Part shown: in pieces, positions 1 through 9,145 of the stretch | How positions within the stretch are numbered: position 1 is the stretch's first letter | Layout: each line of letters opens with the position of its first letter | Assembly: GCA_046351535.1 (NCBI GenBank) | Contig: JAXLYG010000005.1 | Span: forward strand, 1-37,333 | DNA length: 37,333 nt | From: Polyangiales bacterium | GTDB taxonomy: Bacteria; Myxococcota_A; Polyangia; Polyangiales; Ga0077539 | Reading direction: 5' to 3' | Notes under the pieces: model-generated | Databases searched by the model: none | What the model was told of the DNA's origin: nothing | What the model saw: only the letters and a program-made list of their open reading frames with translations | Position numbers and translations under genes: made by a program

Positions 1-2
1 GC

Positions 3-722
3 GTGGTGTTCCTGTCGCCCGACGACGGCATCCGCGACCAGCACGGGCAGATCATGTCGGCGGTGAACCTCGCCGAAGACGCCGACGAGCTGCTCGCGGC
101 CCCGTGGCTCAAAGACTCGATGCGCAAGAAGCTCGTCGAGGCCCGCGCGATGCTCGAGCACCTGCCGCGCTCGTCGTCGGTGGCCATCGCGAGCCCCGAG
201 AACCTCACCCGCGAGCTCTTCACCCACAAGGGCGCGGGCACGCTGGTGCGCCTGGGCGAGCGCATCCGCCGCTACGACACCCTCGACGACATCGACCGCC
301 CGCGGCTGCGCACGCTGCTCGAAGACAGCTTCGGCCGCGCGCTGCGCGACGACTACTTCGACACCCGGCGCTTTCACCGGGTGTACCTGGCCGACAGCTA
401 CCGGGCGACGGCGATCCTCACCATGGAGCCGACGACGGCGGGCGAGGTGCCCTACCTCGACAAGTTCGCGGTGACCAGCGACGCGCAGGGCGACGGCCTC
501 GGCGCGAGCTTGTGGCAGCGCTTCGCGCGAGAGACCCCGCGGTTCTTCTGGCGCGCGCGCCCCGACAACGAGGTCAACCCCTGGTACTTCGCGCGGGCCG
601 ACGGCTCGGCGCGCGCGGGCGACTGGGTGGTGTTCTGGGTGGGCCTCGACGACTTCTCCGTGGTCGCGGCCTGCGTCGAGCGCGCGGCGTCGCTGCCGGC
701 GTCGCTGGCGCCGCCGCGGTAG
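3..722 (+). CDS. 5'-partial CDS: C-terminal GNAT/DUF619-like domain of a bifunctional N-acetylglutamate synthase/acetylglutamate kinase-type (ArgA/ArgB-like) protein
   Basis: The ORF runs off the window start. Motifs such as FTHKGAGTLV and YLDKFAV resemble the C-terminal NAT domain of NAGS/NAGK proteins. Composition is protein-like. Confidence 0.5.
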   Translation: MVFLSPDDGIRDQHGQIMSAVNLAEDADELLAAPWLKDSMRKKLVEARAMLEHLPRSSSVAIASPENLTRELFTHKGAGTLVRLGERIRRYDTLDDIDRPRLRTLLEDSFGRALRDDYFDTRRFHRVYLADSYRATAILTMEPTTAGEVPYLDKFAVTSDAQGDGLGASLWQRFARETPRFFWRARPDNEVNPWYFARADGSARAGDWVVFWVGLDDFSVVAACVERAASLPASLAPPR

Positions 723-773
723 CGCCATGGGGCTGTACACGGGTGTGGGGCGGTCCCAGAGTACGCGGCCACC

Positions 774-1106
774 ATGGCAGCGTATTTCGACGACGAAGAC
801 CTCGCGCACTTCGGAGACCTCCGGCAGCACCACCCCGCGCTCTGGGACCAGTGGATGAAATACTACGGCTCCGCCTTCGAGGCCGGGCTTTTGACGAAGC
901 GCGAGAAGATCCTCATCGGCTTCTCGGTGGCTCTCACCGAGAAGTGTCCCTACTGCCTCCACTCGTACACCACGCAGGCGCAGGCCCTCGGGCTGACCAT
1001 GCCGCACCTGGCCGAGGCCGCCCACGCCGCGGCGTCGCTGCGCGCGGGCATCACCATGGCGCACGCCCTGGTGGCCCACAACCTCGACAAGAAGACCGGG
1101 ATGTAA
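774..1106 (+). CDS. AhpD/carboxymuconolactone-decarboxylase-family protein; arsenosugar biosynthesis-associated peroxidase-like protein
   Basis: 110 aa with the AhpD-core E-x-C-P-Y-C-x-H motif (EKCPYCLHSY). It ends 47 nt upstream of the ArsS-like radical SAM gene, a known conserved pairing. Confidence 0.6.
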   Translation: MAAYFDDEDLAHFGDLRQHHPALWDQWMKYYGSAFEAGLLTKREKILIGFSVALTEKCPYCLHSYTTQAQALGLTMPHLAEAAHAAASLRAGITMAHALVAHNLDKKTGM

Positions 1107-1152
1107 CCGCCCGCGCCCCCGCGCGCGTAACCCCCTGCGACGGAACGCACTG

Positions 1153-2199
<1,047 letters not shown>

Positions 2200-2202
2200 C
2201 GC

Positions 2203-2604
2203 TCACGGAAGGCCAAACAGCGCGCGGCTCACGAGCCCGAGCGTGAGGCTGAGCGCGTTGGCCGCGAGCGACCACGCGAGCGCGCGACGCACGCCCCACG
2301 CGCGGAAGTACGCGGCCTCGACGAGCACCGCGAAGGTCTCTGCGACGACGGCCATCGCGACGTAGCGCGCCATCGGCGACGTGAGGGTCATCTGCGGCGC
2401 GCGGTCGATGACCGAGAGGTAGAGGCGCGTCCACCACGAGGGGATCACGAACCACACGACGGGGTGCGTGAGGAGGCTCGCGCCGAAGGCGATCGCGACG
2501 GTCGTGGGGAGAGAGTTCGCGATGCGCTGGCGTTCGAGGGCCCGCGCGTAGACGGGCACCTCGACGAGCTGCGTGAACGCGAAGGCGATCAGCCAGCGGT
2601 GCAA
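2203..2604 (-). CDS. Hypothetical small integral membrane protein (about 4 predicted TM helices)
   Basis: 133 aa, hydrophobic stretches (LIAFAFTQLV, VAIAFGASLLTHPVVWFVIPSWW, AMAVVAETFAVLV, LAANALSLTLGLV). High-GC native codon usage. Convergent with arsS and immediately downstream of the helicase gene. Confidence 0.4.
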   Translation of the reverse strand: MHRWLIAFAFTQLVEVPVYARALERQRIANSLPTTVAIAFGASLLTHPVVWFVIPSWWTRLYLSVIDRAPQMTLTSPMARYVAMAVVAETFAVLVEAAYFRAWGVRRALAWSLAANALSLTLGLVSRALFGLP

Positions 2605-2669
2605 CGGGGGGACCTAGGGTTTTCGTGCGAGACAAACTGCACCGCGGGCGACTGTCTCGAAGGAGGCAG

Positions 2670-5429
2670 TCATCGCCAACCACCGTGCTCGAAACAACTG
2701 CGCGCGGGTTCGAGGAGCGGGGGAAGCGTCGCATCGCAGGTCACGCCGAGGTACGTGGCCGCGCGCGTAAGGCCGACGAACAGATGCCTGTCGAAGAGGT
2801 CAGGCAGACGGGCGGCGAGCTTGTCGACTCCGACGAAGAACACCGCTTCGAACTCGAACCCCTTCACGTGCTGCACGTCGAACACGCGGATGTCGTCATC
2901 GGTGCCCTTCAGCGTGCCGTCGGGGCACGCCACGATGTTGTGGCTATGGTCCGCCAGCAGCGGGCGCAGCGAATCGACCAGCGCGTTCATCCGCGCGGGC
3001 TCATCGACGAAGATCGCGATCGGCGGCACGAACCCGAGGGCCCGCTCGATCTCGACGATGCGCTCGCACAGCCACCCGGCCAGTTCATCCTGAGCACAGT
3101 GCTCCGCCAGCAGCGGCGCGATGTTCACGTCCTCGGCGGCTCTCGGCCGTTCACTGACCGAGCATGGCGCGCCTCGAATCCGCGCGAGAACGTCGGCCAG
3201 CTCCGCGAGCCGCCGACTCTGTCGATACCCGATCTTGATGTCTCGCTTTTCGAAGTCATCGACGACCCAGTCCACGTCTCGCTCGTCTTGAACGCCGCAC
3301 GCGGTGATCCGCTGCTGGTAGTCGCCGCTGACGAAGAAAGATCGAAACGCGGGGTGGGCGAGTTCGCACATGCTCGCGAGCTCCAGCGGTGAGAAGTCCG
3401 TCGCCTCGTCGACAAGGACCTGCGCGACGTACTCGCGCCGGACCGCGTCGAGCAGCGCGACGTTGGTGCTCGCGGTGTCGCGCAGAAGGCGCCCGTTGGC
3501 ACGCGCCAGAAACCCGCGCGCGTTTCGAAGCATCATGACGATCAGCAGATCGACCTCGGCCGGCTCAAGGCGCTTCTGGTCGATCTGTCGTTGTGCGTTC
3601 GGATCGAACCATGCCCCACGCTCCCGGAGAGAGACACGGCGAAAGCGCTGATACGCCGACGGGACCCTCTCGATGAGATTCCTGTGGGGCTCCGCGAGGA
3701 AGCGAAGCTGTCGCAACGTCGCCAGACTCTGTCCCAGCGGGAGGAGCGCCTTCGCGTCGGGGATCCGCGACGCGATCTCGTCGAGCACCGTCTTGCTACG
3801 TCCTCCTTTCAACACGAGGCGCGCGTCGAAGGCGGTACGCGCGGCGTCGTCGACGGCTCGTCGAAGCGCGCGAAGCGCGACATCTCGCGCGAGGCGCTCG
3901 TCTTTGAGATCCAGCGCAGCGACGGGTTCGGCGCGCTCGTCCTGCTCGTCTTCTTCGTCCTCCTCGTCCCGCTCGAGCGCCGACCGCAGCGAGGCGGCGA
4001 TGCGCTCGAGCATCTTGCCATCCGCATCGAGAATCCGTCTCACGTGCTCGCTGCGAGCATCGCTGACGTCCTGCTCCACCTTCTTGGACACGACCGCGAT
4101 GTCCTCGCGGAGCTCGGCAAGATCGAACAGGCGATCGAACTCGGGCGTCGCGCTTTCGAGGCGACGAATCACACGCCGCGCGAGCGCCTGTACGTTCTGG
4201 TCAGGGTCCGACGACATCACCTTCAGGGTTTCGACGCAACGCGCCTCGGCGTCGCGACGGAACCAGTCCTGGAAGGCTTCAAACAGTCGGATCAGGCCCT
4301 TGCTCGTGGGGTCGGCGAGCAAAGGCGAGGCATCGTCCTGCCGGAAACCACTGCGCTGCCCCGACCGAAGAATCCCCAGAACGTTGCGCGCGAGCCGCCT
4401 TCGCTCGTCGCTCCACGTTCTCACTCGCTCATCCGACGCGGCAACGCCTTCGCGTCCAAACGCTTCTTTCAGATACACCTTGAGCGCGGGGGTCGGAGTG
4501 AACAGCGCCCAGCCGCTCGGAATGGTGGCCGCGTCGCTCACGAGCGAGCGCTCCTCGTCGCTCCACTCTTCGAATCGGCTCTTCTGAGCGATCCGCTTGA
4601 TGAGGGTCGTCGTCTTCCCCGTGCCCGGCGGACCGGTGAGCGCGAGGCGCCTGTTCAGCGGAAGCCGGAAGATCTCGTCCTGATACTTGTCGAGGATAGC
4701 CTGATCACGCAGCGCAACGGTCGCGATGACCCTGCGGCGGCGCTCGTTGCGACGCTCCTCCTCGCGTCGGGCGACCGCTTCGATTTCGCGCACAAGGTTA
4801 TCGACATCCTGCGTGCGATCGATCCGCCGGAGGAACTCGCGGAGCGATGAGAGACGCGCGGGATCTTCATTCTCGGACTCGAAGACGTTGTCCCGGCCAT
4901 CCCAGCGCCCCTCCTCCAAGCGAGGTGTGAGCCGCAAGCGCTCGAGGATCTTGAAGGTCCGCACCCCTCCCGGTGTAGCGATTTCTGCTGTATCCCCTGC
5001 TTCGAAGGATGCGAGACGTGCGAGCGGCGCGCCCCCTCGGTATCCGAGAAGTACGCCATCTGGGACCCCTCCAATATCAAGGACACCTCTTCCCCCTCGA
5101 GAGAAGTAATAAACGCTCTGCCAGCCGCTCGATTCGTTCTCGACGCAAATGCGCGCGATAAAGGGCTCCGCCTTCATCTGCCTAGCGGATTCGTAGGCCT
5201 CGGTCTTCAGGGCCAGCGCCTGGTTCGTGTACCAGCTCGGCTCCGCGTCCCCGAACCCGTTGCCCGAGACCGGCGACGCGACCATCAACCTCCCCCCCGG
5301 GCCGAGTTCCTCCGCTCGCTTCGCAGCAGCCTCGGCAACCGACTTCAAATTGTCGACCACCACGCGGGCGACGGCCATCACCGCCTCGTCTTTCCCCTCG
5401 CTCGGCCTCGTCATCTGCGCCTCTCCCAC
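2670..5429 (-). CDS. Superfamily 1 UvrD/helicase-IV (HelD)-like DNA helicase, 919 aa
   Basis: Walker A GPPGTGKTT. Motif II-like LVDEATDFSPLE. UvrD-like C-terminal signature VKGFEFEAVFFVGVD...LFVGLTRAATYL. Long N-terminal domain before the P-loop as in HelD/helicase IV, plus an acidic insert (ERDEEDEEDEQDE). Markedly lower GC than flanks. Confidence 0.8.
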   Translation of the reverse strand: MGEAQMTRPSEGKDEAVMAVARVVVDNLKSVAEAAAKRAEELGPGGRLMVASPVSGNGFGDAEPSWYTNQALALKTEAYESARQMKAEPFIARICVENESSGWQSVYYFSRGGRGVLDIGGVPDGVLLGYRGGAPLARLASFEAGDTAEIATPGGVRTFKILERLRLTPRLEEGRWDGRDNVFESENEDPARLSSLREFLRRIDRTQDVDNLVREIEAVARREEERRNERRRRVIATVALRDQAILDKYQDEIFRLPLNRRLALTGPPGTGKTTTLIKRIAQKSRFEEWSDEERSLVSDAATIPSGWALFTPTPALKVYLKEAFGREGVAASDERVRTWSDERRRLARNVLGILRSGQRSGFRQDDASPLLADPTSKGLIRLFEAFQDWFRRDAEARCVETLKVMSSDPDQNVQALARRVIRRLESATPEFDRLFDLAELREDIAVVSKKVEQDVSDARSEHVRRILDADGKMLERIAASLRSALERDEEDEEDEQDERAEPVAALDLKDERLARDVALRALRRAVDDAARTAFDARLVLKGGRSKTVLDEIASRIPDAKALLPLGQSLATLRQLRFLAEPHRNLIERVPSAYQRFRRVSLRERGAWFDPNAQRQIDQKRLEPAEVDLLIVMMLRNARGFLARANGRLLRDTASTNVALLDAVRREYVAQVLVDEATDFSPLELASMCELAHPAFRSFFVSGDYQQRITACGVQDERDVDWVVDDFEKRDIKIGYRQSRRLAELADVLARIRGAPCSVSERPRAAEDVNIAPLLAEHCAQDELAGWLCERIVEIERALGFVPPIAIFVDEPARMNALVDSLRPLLADHSHNIVACPDGTLKGTDDDIRVFDVQHVKGFEFEAVFFVGVDKLAARLPDLFDRHLFVGLTRAATYLGVTCDATLPPLLEPARSCFEHGGWR

Positions 5430-5513
5430 CCTGCGTTCGGTGCGTCTGTCGATGCAATCCCAGGCAGAGGTTCGCGCCCCCCGGCCGCGACGGTCAACCA
5501 GAACGGTGCGCGT

Positions 5514-6194
5514 TCACCCCCGCCCGGCAGCGATCTCGCGGCCGACGATGCCCCTCAACGTCGCTAGAATCGCCCACGCTTCGAGCCGTTCGCTGAACGC
5601 ACGCGACCAGCTCACGGACATCGAACGGCCAGGGGAGTTTTCGATCGGACACTCCACGGCGCGGAGGAACTTCCACGTGTCTCCGACGGTGAAGCACCCG
5701 AAGCGCTCAATCGGGTCGGTAGAGCGGCTGAGGGCCCGCTCTGCCTCGATCGACGTGAGCATCGCTGCGAGCAGTTGGGCGCGCGGATCCGTCGCGTCGA
5801 TGCCGCGCTTGGTCTCTACGACGAGCAGAAACGGCGGTGTCGCTTGGCCCCCGACAATGCCCTCCCGTGCGAGGACGCCATCGACGACGCCCACGAGATC
5901 GACGCCGCCGACCGTCGCACGTACGGGAACCTGCGACCAGGCGCGAACACGCTCCTCCTCCGCGAGCACGAGCAGGGGGTAGATGGCGCGCGCCCAGAGC
6001 GTCGACTCGTTCACGGTGACCGTATCGAAGTCGCGCAACCACCCGAGCACAACGGCGAGTTCCTGCGCGCGTGCCGTTGGAATGACGGTGTTCTCGAGCT
6101 TCTTCCAGAGCTCGGAATCATCGATGGGACCGACGAGATGGACGAGCGTCTCGAGCTGCGACTCATCGAACTGAGCGAGCGAGAACGTGGGCAT
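5514..6194 (-). CDS. PD-(D/E)xK superfamily nuclease (HsdR N-terminal/restriction-endonuclease-like fold), 226 aa
   Basis: Ordered E...D...ExK motif: LAEEE, VDLVGVVDGVLA, PFLLVVETKRG followed by helix QLLAAMLTS, characteristic of the HSDR_N-type nuclease core. Immediately upstream (same strand, 84-nt gap) of the helicase. Lower GC than the genome background. Confidence 0.6.
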   Translation of the reverse strand: MPTFSLAQFDESQLETLVHLVGPIDDSELWKKLENTVIPTARAQELAVVLGWLRDFDTVTVNESTLWARAIYPLLVLAEEERVRAWSQVPVRATVGGVDLVGVVDGVLAREGIVGGQATPPFLLVVETKRGIDATDPRAQLLAAMLTSIEAERALSRSTDPIERFGCFTVGDTWKFLRAVECPIENSPGRSMSVSWSRAFSERLEAWAILATLRGIVGREIAAGRG

Positions 6195-6247
6195 GGGTCT
6201 CTCTTCGGAAGATCTTCGCCCCTGTCAAGCGGGCGCCACCCGCAACG

Positions 6248-7912
6248 TCAGTCTGCGAGGGGGAGCGAGAAGGCGAGGTGGAAGGGAATCCCCGCGAGGG
6301 AGGCGTGCGCGGACACCTGGAGCACGACGCTGCGGTGCTCCTTCTCGGTGATGACCTGCGCCTCGAGCTTCGCGGCCTCGGCCGCCGCGGGGAAGAGGAA
6401 CACCGACGCGGCCTGCTCGAAGAGCAGCTTCACCTCGGGCTCCGGCGCCTTCGGCGGGAGCTGCGCCAGCACCCACCGCGCGAAGCGCACGATGCGACCC
6501 GTGAGGATCTGCGCGGGCAGCGGGACGAGGTCTTCGCCGTCGCGCGTCGTGGGGACGCTCTTGAGCACCAGGTTGCCCGAGTTGCGGCGGCTCCCGAAGC
6601 CGATGATGCCGAGACGCGCGAGCGTGCTCTGCGCCGTGGCCGAGTAGAACGCCTCCGTGGGCACGAGCATCCCCGCGTCGCGTCCCGTGGGCAGCTCCCA
6701 CGAACCCGGCGAGGGCATCGAGACGTTCTCGCCCACGACCTGCGCGTACGCGCCCGTGCGGTGGTAGCTCGCCGCGAGCATCGCCGCGAGCGCCATCACG
6801 GGCGAGCCGAAGACCACGCGCTTGCCCGTGCCGGTGCCCTCCTGACGGAGCACCACGCGGTTCGAAACCACCGAGATCCAGCGCGACGCCTCGTCGTGAC
6901 GAAACGCCTTCCACTCCGCGGGGAGGCCGCCGTCTTCGTCCTCGATGCGCGAGGCCACGGCGCCCGCCTCGGCGACGCCGAAGAAGCGCGGCGTGACCCC
7001 GAGCACCACGGGGATGTCATGGTCCGCGCCCACGTCGGCCCACGCCGCGATGCCCTCGATGTCATCGACGGGATCGTGGACGAAGATCGCGTCGGGGAGC
7101 TCGTCCTGCTCGGTCTCGCCGAGGTCGGCGCGCACGGCCTCGATGGCCTTCGCGGGCGCGACGTCGAGGAGGTCGACGGCCATGCCCGAACCCGACGGCG
7201 CCGTGTCGATGAGGAGCTTCAGCCCGCGCCACGCGCTCTCGAGCGCGGCGACGCCGGGCTCCTTGAGCACCTCGACGGCGGTGGCGAACACCTCGGCCTC
7301 GATGAGGTCGCGCGCGGCCCTTCCCGCGGAGGGGAGCACCACGGGCGCAGAGGGCTCACGCACGGCCTTGAGAAACGATCCGATCGCGCTCGACGCCGAG
7401 GGCTGCGCCGCGGGCGCAGGCGCCGCCGTGAGGAGCTCGTCGACGGAGATGCCAGCCGCCGCGGGCGCCGCGGGCGACGCGCTCGAAGCGGACGTGGGCG
7501 CGCTCGCGGGCTTTGAAACACCGAGCTTCGCGCGGAGGGCTGCGGAGAGCTTCCCCTCGCCGACGAGCTCGACGACCTTCGCGATGGCGCTCTCGGGGTC
7601 GGGGCGCTTCGTGGGGTCGTTCTGGGCCAGCGATGCCGCGAGGGCCGAGAGGTCCTTGAGGACCGCGACGCCCGCGACGACCTCGCTCGTCTGGAACGAT
7701 TTGAACGTCGGAAACGACACCTCGATCACGCGGGTCTTGTCACCGCCGAGGCGGTCTTCGACCGTCGCGCGCGCGCTCACCTTCGCCGCTTCGAGCGCCT
7801 GCACGAGGTCGCCCGCGCCGAGGCGCACGCGGCGCCCCGATGGAGACGCGCTGAACGCGCCCGCGACGAGCCACCGGACGCTGACCCCAGTCTTCTGTTC
7901 GCTTGCTTCCAT
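6248..7912 (-). CDS. tssC: Type VI secretion contractile sheath protein, apparent TssB-TssC (VipA-VipB) fusion
   Basis: Residues ~200-554 carry the TssC/VipB N-terminal signature ESAWRGLKLLID and a downstream PRFFGV segment. Residues ~1-130 resemble TssB (VRWLVAGAFS like LPLKVLVVGDF, and VSFPTFKSFQTSEVV like LSFKSLKDFSPEGVV). The two parts are joined by an Ala/Pro/Ser-rich linker. Confidence 0.55.
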   Translation of the reverse strand: MEASEQKTGVSVRWLVAGAFSASPSGRRVRLGAGDLVQALEAAKVSARATVEDRLGGDKTRVIEVSFPTFKSFQTSEVVAGVAVLKDLSALAASLAQNDPTKRPDPESAIAKVVELVGEGKLSAALRAKLGVSKPASAPTSASSASPAAPAAAGISVDELLTAAPAPAAQPSASSAIGSFLKAVREPSAPVVLPSAGRAARDLIEAEVFATAVEVLKEPGVAALESAWRGLKLLIDTAPSGSGMAVDLLDVAPAKAIEAVRADLGETEQDELPDAIFVHDPVDDIEGIAAWADVGADHDIPVVLGVTPRFFGVAEAGAVASRIEDEDGGLPAEWKAFRHDEASRWISVVSNRVVLRQEGTGTGKRVVFGSPVMALAAMLAASYHRTGAYAQVVGENVSMPSPGSWELPTGRDAGMLVPTEAFYSATAQSTLARLGIIGFGSRRNSGNLVLKSVPTTRDGEDLVPLPAQILTGRIVRFARWVLAQLPPKAPEPEVKLLFEQAASVFLFPAAAEAAKLEAQVITEKEHRSVVLQVSAHASLAGIPFHLAFSLPLAD

Positions 7913-7930
7913 CGATGTGTTTCTCCGCTC

Positions 7931-9145
7931 TCAGAGGCCGCCGTCGATGTAGTCACCACGGAAGTCGTCACCGGCGTCGGGCACGTCTCCGTCGGGCGCA
8001 TCGGCCGACGCGTCCCTCGGCGCGCCCGCGTCACGGATGCGATCGACGCGGGCCTCCTGCGCGAGCACGCGGCTCCAGAGCGACGGATCGGACGAGACGA
8101 AGGTGTTGCCCCGCACGTACACCGCGCGGTCCTGGCCCGCGCGACGGTACGGACGCGGCGGGTCGTCGGGACGCGACGGGTCGCGGTCCTGCACCGTGAC
8201 GGTCTCACGCACCTGCACGCCGTCCTGGCGGACCTCGATGGAGGTCGCGAGCTGGAACGTCCGCCGCCACCCCGAGTCGAGGGTCACGTTCGCGTCCTTC
8301 TGGAACTCGAAGCGCGCCGGGCCGTAGCACCGCCCGCGCACGCTCCGGAGCGGCTCCTGAAGGAAGCGCGCCCCGCCCTGCGACGACGGCCGCAGGAGCA
8401 TCAGCCGCGCGGCGCGGCGACACGTCGAGCGGTCTTCATCGTTCTCGCAGATCTCGCCCTCGTGCACGAGCACGCGGCGCTCGCCCACCGTGTCGAGCCG
8501 CATGCGCGCCCGCTTGGGATAGTTGCGCACGGTGCCGATGGCGCGCACCACGACGCGCTGGTTGTCCGCGAACTCCGCGAGCGCGACGGGCCCCACGGCC
8601 TCGCCGTTCGAGAAGCGATCGGTGATCACCCACACGAGGCGCAGCGACGGCGCGATGCGCGTCACGATCACGTCGTTCTCGGTGATGGGCCGCTGCGGGA
8701 CCACGTCGCTCATGGGCACGCGGCAGCGCTCGCCCTCGGGCCGCATCTGGTTCACGGGCTCGTCGCAGTACTCCGAGCAGTTGCCGTTGAACTCGCGCCA
8801 CTCGACGGGCTGATTGGTGCAGTCGCGCGCGTTCGCCGCGGCGAAGCCCGGGGTGTAATCCCTCAGAAGAAGCCGCGCCCACTGATCGAAGCGCAGCGTG
8901 GGAACAGCCCCCGCGACGGCGCGCGGCCCCTCGATGGAGCACAGCGCCGGAATCGGGAGCGGCGCCTGCGGGCGCTGGTTGTTGTTGCTGCTGGAGCAGG
9001 CCCCGGCCAACGACGCGATGGCCAGCGCGGACGCCGCGCCGATCCCCATCAGTCGACCCCATGCGCTCGGATGCTGACTCATGGACCCTCTGTCTCTCCC
9101 CGTAGGAAATGCGAAACGAGACGCTCGCCGACGATCAGCCGGCAC
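7931..9145 (-). CDS. Secreted, probably lipid-anchored Cys-rich protein of unknown function in the T6SS operon (true start likely 9082 or 9049)
   Basis: Signal peptide MGIGAASALAIASLAGAC followed by Ser/Asn-rich linker. Multiple Cys. Acidic C-terminal tail (DAPDGDVPDAGDDF). Diverse, protein-like composition. The antisense ORF on the opposite strand is His/Arg-rich junk. Confidence 0.5.
   Translation of the reverse strand: MPADRRRASRFAFPTGRDRGSMSQHPSAWGRLMGIGAASALAIASLAGACSSSNNNQRPQAPLPIPALCSIEGPRAVAGAVPTLRFDQWARLLLRDYTPGFAAANARDCTNQPVEWREFNGNCSEYCDEPVNQMRPEGERCRVPMSDVVPQRPITENDVIVTRIAPSLRLVWVITDRFSNGEAVGPVALAEFADNQRVVVRAIGTVRNYPKRARMRLDTVGERRVLVHEGEICENDEDRSTCRRAARLMLLRPSSQGGARFLQEPLRSVRGRCYGPARFEFQKDANVTLDSGWRRTFQLATSIEVRQDGVQVRETVTVQDRDPSRPDDPPRPYRRAGQDRAVYVRGNTFVSSDPSLWSRVLAQEARVDRIRDAGAPRDASADAPDGDVPDAGDDFRGDYIDGGL

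Noticed and set aside
1107-1152. Short GC palindrome (cgcgc-ccc-gcgcg) after the CMD-like gene as a terminator
   Set aside because: Stem is only 5 bp with no T-tract. arsS starts 47 nt downstream and is probably co-transcribed. Insufficient evidence.
2670-6194. Calling the nuclease-helicase pair Hachiman, Gabija or a type I restriction-modification system
   Set aside because: The helicase is SF1 UvrD/HelD-like, not the SF2 DExH of HamB. There is no OLD-family ATPase (GajA). There are no HsdM/HsdS methylase or specificity genes. The nuclease is only HsdR-N-like in fold. Left as unassigned candidate.
7931-9145. Assignment of the 404-aa protein as TssK or TssJ
   Set aside because: It has a signal peptide and Cys-rich periplasmic features (unlike cytoplasmic TssK) and is more than twice the size of TssJ, with no recognisable TssJ/TssK motifs. 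Kept as unknown accessory protein.
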